Below, in pieces: positions 12,020 to 25,500 of a stretch of DNA of 64,000 nt. The translations under genes and the position numbers were made by a program. Position 1 is the stretch's first letter. Each line of letters begins with the position of its first letter. This DNA comes from Macrostomum hystrix (Eukaryota > Animalia > Platyhelminthes). Location of the stretch: positions 27,094,001-27,158,000 of the forward strand of contig CATNEN010000038.1 of assembly GCA_950097015.1 (NCBI GenBank), read 5' to 3'. The notes below the pieces were generated by a model. That model saw only the letters and a program-made list of their open reading frames with translations, had not been told where the DNA came from and made no database searches.

Positions 12020-12690
12020 AATTGGAGGATGTCCACCAAATCAATGAAGACACATTTGGAGGGTGTCCACCAAATCAATGAAGACACAGTTGGAGGGTGT
12101 CCACCAAATCAAAGAAGACACAGTTGGAGGGTGTCCACCAAATCAATTAAGACACAGTTGGAGGGTGTCCACCAAATCAAAGAAGACACAGTTGGAGGGT
12201 GTCCACCAAATCAATTAAGACACAGTTGGAGGGTGTCCACCAAATCAATTAAGACACAGTTGGAGGGTGTCTACTAAATCAATTAAGACACAGTTGGAGG
12301 TTGTCCACCAAATCAATGAAGACAGAGTTGAAGTGTGTCCACCAAATCAAAGAAGATACAGTTGGAGGTTGTCCACCAAATCAAAGAAGACACAGTTGGA
12401 GGGTGTCTACTAAATTAATGAAGACACAGTTGGAGGGTGTCCACCAAATCAAAGAAGACACAGTTGGAGGGTGTCCACCAAAATCAAAGAAGACACAGTT
12501 GGAGAGTGTCCACCAAATCAATGAAGACACAGTTGGAGGGTGTCCACCAAATCAAAGAAGACACAGTTGGAGGGTGTCCACCAAATCAAGGAAGACACAG
12601 TTGGAGGGTGTCTACTAAATTAATGAAGACACAGTTGGAGAGTGTCTACTAAATCAATGAAGACACAGTTAGAGGGTGTCCATTAAATCA
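12020..12690. repeat. 34-bp minisatellite (gtccaccaaatcaaWgaagacacagttggagggt)
   Basis: About 19 tandem copies. Confidence 0.95.
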
Positions 12691-12691
12691 A

Positions 12692-14166
12692 TAGCAAGAG
12701 CCGTTGCTAGAATCGCAGCAAGAGCCGTAGCTAGAATCGCAGCAAGAGCCGTAGCTAGAATCGCAGCAAGAGCAATAGCTGGAATCGTAGCTAGAAGCGC
12801 AGCAAGAGCGATAGCTGGAATCGCAGCAAGAGCCATAGCTGGAATCGTAGCTAGAAGCGCAGCAAGAGCGATAGCTGGAATCGCAGCAAGAGCCGTAGCT
12901 AGAATCGTAGCAAGAGCCTTAGCTGGAATCGTAGCTAGAAGCGCAGCAAGAGCGATAGCTGGAATCGCAGCAAGAGCCGTAGCTAGAATCGCAGCAAGAG
13001 CCATAGCTGGAATCGTAGCTAGAAGCGCAGCAAGAGCGATAGCTGGAATCGCAGCAAGAGCCGTAGCTAGAATCGTAGCAAGAGCCGTAGCTGGAATCGT
13101 AGCTAGAAGCGCAGCAAGAGCGATATCTGGAATCGCAGCAAGAGCCGTAGCTAGAATCGCAGCAAGAGCCGTAGCTGGAATCGTAGCAAGAGCCGTAGCT
13201 AGAATCGTAGCTAGAAGCGCAGCAAGAGCGATAGCTGGAATTGCAGCAAGAGCTATAGCTAGAATCGCAGCAAGAGCCGTAGCTGGAATCGTAGCAAGAG
13301 CCGTAGCTGGAATCGTAGCTAGAAGCGCAGCAAAAGCGATATCTGGAATCGCAGCAAGAGCCGTAGCTAGAATTGCAGCAAGAGCCGTAGGTGGAATCGT
13401 AGCTAGAAGCGCAGCAAAAGCGATATCTGGAATCGCAGCAAGAGCCGTAGCTAGAATTGCAGCAAGAGCCGTAGGTGGAATCGTAGCTAGAAGCGCAGCA
13501 AAAGCGATATCTGGAATCGTAGCAAGAGCCGTAGCTAGAATCGCAGCAAGAGCAATAGCTAGAATCGCAGCAAGAGCCGTAGCTAGAATCGCAGCAAGAG
13601 CAATAGCTAGAATCGCAGCAAGAGCCGTAGCTAGAAGCGCAGCAAGAGCGATAGCTGGAATCGCAGCAAGAGCAATAGCTAGAATCGCAGCAAGAGCAAT
13701 AGCTAGAATCGTAGCAAGAGCAATAGCTAGAATCGCAGCAAGAGCCGTAGCTAGAATCGCAGCAAGAGCAATAGCTAGAATCGCAGCAAGAGCCGTAGCT
13801 GGAATCGTAGCTAGAAGCGCATCAAAGGCGATATCTGGAATCGTAGCAAGAGCCGTAGCTAGAATCGCAGCAAGAGCCGTAGCTGGAATCGTAGCAAGAG
13901 CCGTAGCTGGAATCGTAGCTAGAAGCGCAGCAAAAGCGATATCTGGAGTCGCAGCAAGAGCCGTAGCTAGAATCGCAGCAAGAGCCGTAGCTGGAATCGT
14001 AGCTAGAAGCGCAGCAAAAGCGATATCTGGAATCGTAGCAAGAGCCGTAGCTAGAATCGCAGCAAGAGCAATAGCTAGAATCGCAGCAAGAGCCGTAGCT
14101 AGAAGCGCAGCAAGAGCGATAGCTGTAATCGCAGCAAGAGCCGTAGCTAGAATCGCAGCAAGAGCA
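12692..14166. repeat. 12/24-bp satellite (gcaagagccgtagctagaatcgca) with 6-nt AGCnnn periodicity
   Basis: 1.5 kb of 12-bp subunits; gives ~500-aa open frames on both strands. Confidence 0.9.
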
Positions 14167-15074
14167 AACACTAGTCCTATTGCTTACCGTTTACTTTTAT
14201 CTGAATATTGGAAAATACAACCAAAGCTTCATTTGAAATAATATTGTTCTTGTCTTTTTTGGAACAGATGTTTAATAAAAATGGTTGCAGCACAAAGTTG
14301 CAATAGAGAAATTGTCGGAGACAGACATACAGCCCAGTTTTTGTTTATTATTGCTGTTTACATATGAAAATTGACAGTTAAAGGTGAACTAGCTGAACAC
14401 GGAAAAGCAATACCAAAGTATTTTTTTAACTTACGAGTATGTAGGCAGATGAAAAATATGCCAATATTAGTTACGAGAATATGACGAAAGCTTTTAGTCA
14501 TATATTATTATGTCGGAGGACGAAAATTACGAACACGGTAGATTGACTACAGATTTTAATTCTGAACAAAATTACCACATATATTGACAGGATTACATAA
14601 CTAGAAGGTTACGATGCTAATATGTTTTTTCTCAATTTTCCTCAACTCGGCAAACGAATGGCTGTCGATTTTCCCAAGCCACACTGTCTTTACTGTGCAG
14701 CATTGCAACAATTTTAGTAATATAAATGAGTACAAGTTAAAACACATATTTTGAAGACAACACTAAGGGCGATAAGTTATGCAGCTTTGCGAATAAGCAA
14801 AATCAGGTGCTATTATATATCAAGCAGGGCAGGTGGTCTGGAACAGATTATTCACGACTTGGAAAAAAAACGGTGTCTAATACGCAGACTTTAATTAGTC
14901 CACACCTAAAGTGCAAATTTATATATTCGATTAAACTAATTAATAACCACTTAGCCGCATGCGAGGCTAACCAAAATGCTTCGGTAGCCTTTGGGTTGGG
15001 GGATGTTGTGTTTGTAGCTAGTGTGCGCAGCTGAAATCTATAACTAATTAGGGAGAGGAAAGAATGTGGAGACG

Positions 15075-15510
15075 CGGTAGATAGGGTGGATAGGGCAGGC
15101 AGGGATAGGGAAGGCAGGGTAGATAAGGGAGACAGTAGATAGGGTGGATAGGGGAGAAAGCAGATAGGGTGGATATGGGAGGCAGGTAGATAGCGGAGGC
15201 AGAGTAGATAGCGGAGGCAGAGTAGATAGGGGAGGCAGGGTAGATAGGAGAGGCAGAGTAGATAGAGGAGGCAGGGTAGATAGGGGAGGCAGGGTAGATA
15301 GGGGAGACAGTTGATAGGATAGATAGAAGAGGCAGGGTAGATTGGGGAGGCAGTAGATAGGGTGGATAGGGGAGACAGTAGATAGGGCGGATAGGGGAGG
15401 CAGGGTACATATGGGAGGCAGGGTAGATAGGGAAGACAGTAGATAGGTTAGATAGGGGAGGCAGGGTAGATAGGGGAGACAGTAGATAGGATATATAGGG
15501 GACAGATAAA
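15075..15510. repeat. G-rich 18/26-bp minisatellite (gggtagataggggaggca)
   Basis: Degenerate tandem copies. Confidence 0.85.
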
Positions 15511-16550
15511 ATTTAGGTGGAGAGAAGAGAGAGAAGGTAGCATAGTCAGAGAGGTCTAAGGAAGAGGAGTTCGACAATTTAAAAGCTGGCACAGACACAG
15601 AGCACAGAGGAGTACATTTGCAAACGAAAAAGTTGCAAGAACTACACAATTTTTGACAAGGAAATTACTTTTGTTACAATTATTTAAAAGTAAAAAACTA
15701 GGCATTTAGCTCGCCCCTACGGAACAGACAAACCTGCAAACTGCGGGGGTAGCGACAAAAAATGCAGTTAGAAACTCAATCGCTATAGAAACAACGACGC
15801 GTTTGAAGCGGAGTTTTGTGCAGCAATGTGCATAAGTATAGCATTGGCATGCACAATATATGGCATGGCCACTAATGCACTGTGATAGGTTTTGCAAGAA
15901 AAATGACAACTTATTTATATTAAATGACGTTGCTAAAGGCCTATTAAAATTTATAGTAACGATTGCTAGAGTTTTATTTTATATATAGGGCACAGTGATT
16001 CACAACAATTAATCATTCATCATCACCAACTCAGATTGTCCAGTTTGTAATTAAGATTTTGCGCCGCGGCTACCTTTGTGAGGCCTATAGATAATGGCAA
16101 TTAACTCCGTTTAGTTAGGTAACTCGACTATACTTTGATAATTGGTGTGTTATCTAGTGAGTGTCAAAAGCCTAATAATTTATTTGTAAAACCCTACTAG
16201 ACTCACTAACTGACTTACTGGGCCCCGTGTGAATTAGAAATAGAAGCGGATAGCTTTCTAATCTTGTCTGTTTTTATAGATTCAATTTAATAAACCATCG
16301 AATTGATAAGACGAGGAAGTAAATAAGGACGTCACATGACGAACGTGAGATGCGACGTTGAGAAAGTAATTTTGTTGTTTTGTTCAGTAAGATGTAGCTT
16401 AGTCTATACACGTTTGTAGATATTTATAAAATGCCATAATGAAACAGACAGAAGATTAGCCAAGCCAGCTTAATTAGCCAGTTAATTAATTGATTATTTC
16501 TCAGCCAGTGCAACCATAAGGAACCAATATCCGCAGTCGATACGAATTAT

Positions 16551-19500
16551 TCAGACATAGAAGCTACGCCTCGGGTATCGGCCAATCAAATCGTTCTGCC
16601 GGAGCAGTTTAGCCAGCTGCTGCTCCAGTCGGAGGGCGCAAGCCAGCTCCTCGCTCTCTGCCGGATTATACTCTGTGGCATTGCTAAATAGCTGGGCAAA
16701 GTCCGACATCAGCTGATCGGTGCCGCTATAGCCGCCACGTTGTAGGCGATTGCGCATGTCCTGCAGACAGATGGGCTTGGTCACAATCTGGTAATAGTCT
16801 GGCGCATCAGCCGGATCCACCGGGTCTACAAATGGCCAGGCGTCGCGATGCCGACAGATCCGATCTAGCAACAACTTGCACAGGCTCTGCTGCTGCTGCT
16901 GCTGATGTACTGAGTCCGTTGACAGTCGGGCCCGCTTCAACGGCGGAGGATTCGAACCAGCGCCGCCGCCACCGCTGCTGGTGCGACTTCGCTTGCCCCG
17001 CGAGTTTTTTCTTTTGACCTTGGCGACGTCCTCTTCATCCCCATCATCATTGCTATCGTCATCTTGGGCCTCCTCCTCATCATCCTCCTCTTCTTCATCG
17101 GAATGATCGCTGTCTTTACCTCGCCTCTTGTTAATCTTGGCTTTGGCTTTCGCGGTTGTCTTCGAAGACTGCCGCTTCACTGGCTGCCGCTTGCTCTGCT
17201 GCTTGGAGTTGCGCCGGTTAGAGTCAATAGACGAAACAGATTTCCGACTGGCTGTCTGCTGCTTACGCTGGCTGACAGCCGCTGACCCCGAGGAACGCCT
17301 GGATTGCTTCGCAGGCTCAGGCGAGTCGCCGTCATCTTCCTCTTCTTCTTCTTCTTCTTCTTCGTCATCATCTTCGGCTTCATCGCTGTCATTGTTGTCC
17401 TTTTCGTTGTCATCGTCGACAATCATCTGCTCCTCTTCATCTTCGTCACCATTGTTCTCAGCCTCCTGGACGTCCTCTTCGGACTCGTCCTCTTCCTCTT
17501 CCTCATGATCATCGTCCTCGTTGTTTCCTTCTTCGTCATCGTCGCTGGAGTCCGGCTTACGGGACTGGAGAAAAGGAAAATTGCATACTTATTTGTTTCT
17601 ACTTCAAGTAGACAGAAAGCCTCCATGCAGCCTAAATGTCATGAAGCCTCTGTTTTTTACCTCGCTAAGGCCGGGAGTTCGAATCTGAGCCGGAATTAAA
17701 CAGCTAGCTGTAAGTGAATTTTAGTTTAAAAAATACTAACCTTGAATTTGCCGCGAGACGCTGACGAGGGTCGGCCAGCCACGGCTTTGCCATTAACAGC
17801 GGCTGACGATCCGGACTTCCGTTTGACAGTAGAGGCAGCGGCGGAGGCGGAAGCACCCTTCGACCGCTTCCTGTTTGTTTTATCATTTGGGTCAACGATT
17901 TTTCTAGGCCTGCCGCGAGTGGCGCCAACTTTGCGACCTCCTCCTCCTCCACCACCGCCGCCGCCGCCGCCGCCGCCGCCGCGGCACATTGAGCAGCGGA
18001 AGGCCGACCGCGCATTGGATCGAAGCGGAGGCTCGTGACAGCCGGGATGATAATGTGACTGGCAGTCGGTGCACTGCATCAGCGGCGTGCTGGAGTCGCC
18101 GACATGCTCGCACACCTGGCAGACGGCTTCGTCGTTGTCTTCGTCGTCGTCGTCATAGTTTAGCGTCGCCGCTGTGTCGTCATCGTCGCCGACGTCCTCT
18201 TCGTAGAAGCCGCGCGATCGTCGATTTCGGCGCTGTCGACTGGCGCCACTGCCGGCCGCAGCTGAGGACGAAGTCTTTTTAGCGGCCCCGGAGGATTTGG
18301 CGGGAGCGCAGGCCGTGCAGTGCCAATCGCCGGATGGTCGCTCAGTCAGACGCGGCCGGAGACAGTCCGGATGGAAGGCCCGATTGCAGTTCTCGCATAG
18401 CAACAGATTGGGCGGATCCCGCCGGACCCGACATACCTGGCACTTGGCATTGGCGGTGCTCTTGTCCCAGTTGACGCTGCTGTCTAGCACCGATAGGAGG
18501 AAATTCAACCGGCTCCAGGTGCCACAGGAGGCCACGCTGGCGCGCCACTGCTCGGAGAAGTCGTGATCTTTGAAGGCGCCGTAACGGCAGCGCTCGAGTA
18601 CATGTTTCTCGACCTGGGATAATGAAACGATTTTTATTTCCATTTCAACATTCTGAGAAAGACAGCGGGCTAAGTTGGCGGTCCCTGGGCTCGAATCTGC
18701 GGCGAGGACGCATACATTTTCGGGGTGCAGTCGCGGATAGAAGTCATAACAGTAGGAATACCCCCGGGGGATTACAAATACTTTTATGTTTTCTCTGTAT
18801 CTACCAAAATATTCAATCAATTGAAATGAAAATCCAGAAAACTTTGAAAATTTTAAATTTTAACCAGAAAGGTTAAACTAATTCCGCCCTATCAAATGAA
18901 TCGGCTTCCTAAATCACAAATTATCGGCATCGTAGAGATATTCAACGATGCTGGTAAGAGTGTCTGGTGGCAGAACCACAAATATAGGCATTACTTTTCT
19001 GCTCAAAAAATGTCATCATGCAACTATATCGGCTATCATTTATAACTATTTTTGTTAATTCATTATTTTTTATCAAATATAAATTCACCAGAGTTTTTTC
19101 AGATCAATGTTAGTTGTCCTTGCCACAAGGATCTTCGGCAAGAATCGCTGAATATCTCGACGATGTTGACTCGGACGGCTATCCCTGTAAAAAATTCGGC
19201 TGCTTCTTCGGCGGGTTTTTGTGCAAAATAGGAGTGGTATCTACCAAAATCCCCCCTATCTCGCGCAAGAGTTAAAGAAACCACTCAGGAAGCAGCCGAT
19301 GTAACCGTAAATTGTGCGGAAACCGCCGAGGAATCATCCGAACCAGTGGCCCATGGGACAACCAGAGAACTCTTTACGGGCGATTCCTCGGCGGTTTCTG
19401 AGCATGGAATCTTCCGAACTGGAGGATTCTTTGGGTGATTCCTCGGCGGTTTCTGCGCACGGAATCTCACGAACTGGAGGATTCTTTGGGTGATTCCTCG

Positions 19501-22500
19501 GCGGTTTCTGAGCATGGAATCTTCCGAGCTGGAAGATTCTTTGGGTGATTCCTCGGCGGTTTCTGCGCACGAATCTCAAGAACTGGAGGATTCTTTGGTT
19601 GATTCCTTGGCGGTTTCTGAGCATGGAATCTTCCGAGCTAAAGGATTCTTTGGGTGATTCCTCGGCGGTTTCTGCGCACGGAATCTCACGAACTGGAGGA
19701 TTCTTAGGGTGATTCCTTGGCGGTTTCTGAGCATGGAATCTTCCGAGCTAAAGGATTCTTTGGGTGATTCCTCGGCGGTTTCTGCGCACGAAATCTCACG
19801 AGCTAAAGGATTCTTTGGGTGATTCCTTGGCGGTTTCTGAGCATGGAATCTCTCGAACTGGAGGATTATTTGGGTGATTCCTTGGCGGTTTCTGCGCATC
19901 GAATCTTCCAAACTGGAGAACTCTTTGGCTGACTACTCGTGGTTTCTAAGCATGGAATCTCCTTGAGGATTCCCTCCAGTTCGGGTTTCACGTCACAATT
20001 AAGACATTGATCGTAGCATCTGGCCCAGACCGAAATAAATCAATCAACTTTAGAAATTTAGATTCAGATAGTGGACTTTCACGAAAATCGGTCATTTAGT
20101 TAAGGAGCTATTGTGAAGTAGGCAGTGGGTACTTAAAATACACCGTGGACTTTCCTTAGGGGGGGATAGCTTGTTCTTTGTGTAGCGTGTGCATGTGCGT
20201 ATAGCGTGTGCTCAGGAGTCAGCGAAATGGACAGCCTAGTGTTAAAGAGCTTAATTTATAATTTTCACGTCAAGAGTTCGATTCTCGGCACAAGATAATA
20301 AATCGGCGCTTTTTATCAATCTGGAGAAATCAACATTTTTATTTTCAATGAGCTCACCATCAGCATACAGGTAGCCAGCTGGCCAATCGTAGACGAATCC
20401 CATTGTTCCAGAGTCTTCTTCAGCTTGGCGGGATTTGGCACGCCGCCAAGGCCGCCCTGGGTCAGCCCGGTCTCTGTGCGGGCCAGCTCTTCAGCAAACA
20501 TGCACTTCAGGTTGGCAACAGCAGACAGGGAATCTTCGGCATTAGGCGCAGAGGCTGCCATAGCCGCTGGCTGCTGCTGCCTGGCGATCTCGCGACGCAG
20601 ACGATCGGCTACGCGTTCTAGCTCGCGTTTCAGAGCAGACTCGCGCACACCAGTTGGTAACAGAGAGACCAGAAGAGCATTAAGATCGGCTTCGGAGTCC
20701 AACTGGCGCCATTCGTTAGGAGCAAACTGGTCCGTTGGCCAGGTGAACTCCTCGCAGTCGCTATCGACGGCTGCTGTTGACGCCGCTTGCTCATTGCCGG
20801 CCTTATTTTCCAACTGCTGCTGCTGTTGGGGCTTCTTTGGAGATTTGCTGAAATGTTTTATCGACATAGGAGCTAGTTTGCCATCTACTCGTAGGAACAG
20901 GGTTCAATAAGATCTAGGAATAGGGACCAATGAGATCTAGGAACAGGGATCAATGAGATCTAGGAATAGGGATCAATAAGATCTAGGAACAGGTTCAATA
21001 AGATCTAGGAATAGGGATCAATAAGATCTAGGAACAGGTTCAATAAGATCTAGGAATAGGGATCAATAAGATCTAGGAACAGGGATCAATAAGATCTAGG
21101 AACAGGTTCAATAAGATCTAGGAATAGGGATCAATAAGATCTAGGAACAGGTTCAATAAGATCTAGGAATAGGGATCAATAAGATCTAGGAACAGGTTCA
21201 ATAAGATCTAGGAATAGGGATCAATAAGATCTAGGAACAGGTTCAATGAGATCTAGGAATAGGGATCAATAAGATCTAGGAACAGGTTCAATGAGATCTA
21301 GGAATAGGGATCAATAAGATCTAGGAACAGGTTCAATGAGATCTAGGAATAGGGATCAATAAGATCTAGGAACAGGTTCAATGAGATCTAGAAACTGAGG
21401 TCAATGAGAACTAGGAACAGGGATCAATGAGATCTAGGAACAGGTTCAATGAGATCTAGAAACTGAGGTCAATGAGAACTAGGAACAGGGATCAATGAGA
21501 TCTAGGAATAGGGATCAATAAGATCTAGGAACAGGTTCAATAAGATCTAGGAATAGGGATCAATAAGATCTAGGAACAGGTTCAATGAGATCTAGGAATA
21601 GGGATCAATAAGATCTAGGAACAGGTTCAATGAGATCTAGAAACTGAGGTCAATGAGAACTAGGAACAGGGATCAATGAGATCTAGAAACTGAGGTCAAT
21701 GAGAACTAGGAACAGGGATCAATGAGATCTAGGAACAGGTTCAATGAGATCTAGAAACTGAGGTCAATGAGAACTAGGAACAGGGATCAATGAGATCTAG
21801 GAACAGGTTCAATGAGATCTAGAAACTGAGGTCAATGAGTACTAGGAATAGGGATCAATGAGATCTAGGAATAGGGATCAATGAGATCTAGGAATAGGGA
21901 TCAATGAGATCTAGGAATAGGGATCAATGAGTACTAGGAATAGGGATCAATGAGATCTAGGAATAGGGATCAATGAGATCTAGGAATAGGGATCAATGAG
22001 ATCTAGGAATAGGGATCAATGAGATCTAGGAATAGGGATCAATGAGATCTAGGAATAGGGATCAATGAGATCTAGGAATAGGGATCAATGAGATCTAGGA
22101 ATAGGGATCAATGAGATCTAGGAATAGGGATCAATGAGATCTAGGAATAGGGATCAATGAGATCTTGGAATAGGGATCAATGAGATCTAGGAACAGGGAT
22201 CAACGAGATCTAGGAACAGGGATCAATGAGATCTAGGAATAGGGATCAATGAGATCTAGGAATAGGGATCAATGAGATCTAGAAACTGAGGTCAATGAGT
22301 ACTAGGAATAGGGATCAATGAGATCTAGGAATAGGGATCAATGAGATCTAGGAACAGGGATCAAGGTGATCTAGGAACAGGGATCAATGAGATCTTGGAA
22401 TAGGGATCAAGGTGATCTAGGAACAGGGATCAACGAGATCTAGAAACAGGGATCAATGAGATCTTGGAATAGGGATCAATGAGATCTAGGAACAGGGATC

Positions 22501-25500
22501 AACGAGATCTAGGAACAGGGATCAAGGTGATCTAGGAACAGGATCAATGAGATCTAGGAACAGGGATCAAGGTGATCTAGGAACAGGATCAATGAGATCT
22601 AGGAACAGGGATCAATGAGATCTAGGAACTGAGATCAATGAGATCTTGGAATAGGGATCAATGAGATCTAGGAACTGAGATCAATGAGATCTTGGAATAG
22701 GGATCAATGAGATCTAGGAACAGGGATCAATGAGATCTAGGAACAGGGATCAATGAGATCTAGGAACTGAGATCAATGAGATCTTGGAATAGGGATCAAT
22801 GAGATCTAGGAACTGAGATCAATGAGATCTAGGAACAGGGATCAATAAGATTTCCTAATCTTGGACAAGGTTAAAAAATATTGGTCAATAGAGTATGCAA
22901 GTTCAGATGCAGGTAGAATTTAAGGTAGAATTAATTTACCCTTCGGCGCTATTTTTAGCAGTGTCAAGATCGCACACTGACGCATCGCGGCGTACACCAG
23001 CCCAGCCGGTCTCAACCAGCAGGCGGCCTGGCGCGCACCTCAAATGCCAGTAGCGGGCGTGACCTCGATCCCGGCCAAGCGGCTTGGCCCGGGCGGCCGC
23101 CCGACTGTCGGAGATGGCCCGCTCGTATTCACGGTCGGCGGCGGCGATAGCGGAGTCGATGCGAGCCCATTCGGCCTCCTGGGCTCGGCGCTGGCGTTCG
23201 GCTTTTTCGCGCACCTCGCGTTCGCGAGCCTGCGGGATGCGGCGAGATGGAGAGAGAGTGGCTTGTCAGCCAGGGACAGACACTAAAGACAGGCTACAGA
23301 CACCAAAGACAGGCTACAGACACTAAAGACAGGCTACAGACACTAAAGACAGGCTACAGACACTAAAGACAGGCTACAGACACTAAAGACGGGCTACAGA
23401 CACTAAAGACAGGCTACAGACACTAAAGACGGGCTACAGACACTAAAGACGGGCTACAGACACTAAAGACGGGCTACAGACACTAAGACGGGCTACAGAC
23501 ACTAAAGACGGGCTACAGACACTAAAGACAGGCTACAGACACCAAAGACAGGCTACAGACACCAAAGACAGGCTACAGACACCAAAGACAGGCTACAGAC
23601 AGACAGCTGACCTGTTCAGCCAGAGCAATCAGCCTAGACGACATTTTAACCGACGCCGCCACAGGAGGCCTGGCGTCACCGGCATCGTCAACTAAGGCAC
23701 CAACAGTGGTGGCGGCAGCCTTCTCAGTTTTCTCAGTCTTGCGCTTGGCCTTCTCCAGTTTGAGTCGGTCATTTTTCGCCTTCAGAGCGGCTACGCGCTT
23801 CTTGTGAGCGGCCGTGGCCCGCTGAACGCAGTCCTCGATGTAGTCGGCCAGAACATCGGAGCGGAGCAGTTTCTCGGTGAGCTGTTCCAGCACAGACAGC
23901 TTGTCTTCAATGGACAGATCGTGCAGCTCAACGCGCTCCATCCTGTCTAGCAGGCTGGCCAGCTCGGGGGTCAGCTTCTCTTCCTCGGCCTCATCATCTT
24001 CCTCATCGTTGTTGCTGTTCTCCTCGTCTTGATCTTCGCCGTCGCCCTCCTCGTCGCTGCTGGCCTTGTCGCAGTCCTGAGCCTCGTTGTCGCTGTCCTC
24101 CGCAGCGGCTGCTGCCACACTGCGCCTGCGACGCTGCTTTCGCTTCTGCTTGGCGTTTCCGCTGTTAGCGGCGTGGCTGCTAGAGGAAGTGCCATTGTTG
24201 AGCGCTTTCTCGGCCGCGGCTAGTTAAACATGAGAGAGTAGGGTTAGGAATCGACAATGCAACTAGTGATGGACAAGCCAACATGCAACTAACCTTAATC
24301 GTAAAAGCTGTCTGCTTAAATTAAATAAAAAAGCTTATTATAAGTTAAAACCCTGGCAACCAAAACTTAAAACATTCGAAATCCCGATACCTAACACGCT
24401 AAACCAAGATGTCTAAACCCTAGCAACCTGAACCCGAAAACCTAGCAACCAGAACCCAAAACCCTAACAACCTGAACCCAAAACCTTAGCAACCAGAACC
24501 CAAAACCCTAACAACCTGAACCCAAAACCCTAACAGCCTGACACTGTTTAACAACTCACACTTAAATTGTTATAACCCTTAACAAGTCCGGAAGCCACTC
24601 ACCCTCCTCGGCGCGCTTCCTGGGTGCCAGCAGCACTCTCGCCATCTCGGCGGCCGTGTACTCGCTAACCGGCATGTCGGTCAGCAGGGTGCCGAGCTCC
24701 CGCCTGCCACCGGCGATCTGCTCATCCTGCAGCAGTGCGCGCAGCAGCATAGCCAATAATCCGCTAACATATGCGTAACCGCTAGCCTCCTTGGACACGA
24801 GGGCGTTCAGCAGTTTGTCAACTGTTAGCGACATATTTTCGTCGCCGGTAACTTCGTCGGCCAGAGGAATCGCGGCGACGCCGGCGGAGGAACTATTCTG
24901 AGCCAGGAGCGGCCGATAGGCGCAGAAAAACTCGGCCAGCATAATAGCACGGCCAAGCTGGTCGACCGGAAATTCGGCTGGCAGTTCCAGCGGCTTCGGC
25001 GACGGCAGCTGACGGGTGTCCGCTGTGACTAGGGCGCTGTCTTCAAAGCGACGCTTTTTAGCATCCAATGTCATCTGGGTTGAGGATAAGAACAATTTTA
25101 TGTATATAAAGCGACAATGCAAATTTCTGAACTCAACGCTGAACTGAACACAAAAATAAGCAAACCCGGAAAAAATTCACGTAAACCCGGAAAATTTCGT
25201 GCAAAACCGGAATAAAAGTAAACAATGAAATTTCAATTCAAACGTTAAATTCTTTTTTGCATCACTTTAAGTTAAAACCAAGTATGGAATGAAAATAAAA
25301 ATACTAGATAGTAGCCTATCTAAGCTAATCAGCCTCACCTTTGCCTTTAGCTTGGCCTCCTCTCGTTTGGCCTTGCGATGCTCGGCTCGCTGCTCAGGTG
25401 TCATAGCTTCTATGCGCTTACGCTCGTTAAGTCTGGCTTGAACAGCCCGCAGACGATCGCGCACAGCAACTGGCAGCGCGTTCACCTGTCGCTCGGTTAG

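Noticed and set aside
24410-24540. Interstitial telomeric repeat
   Set aside because: AACCCTAA occurs only within 21-bp units, not as (TTAGGG)n
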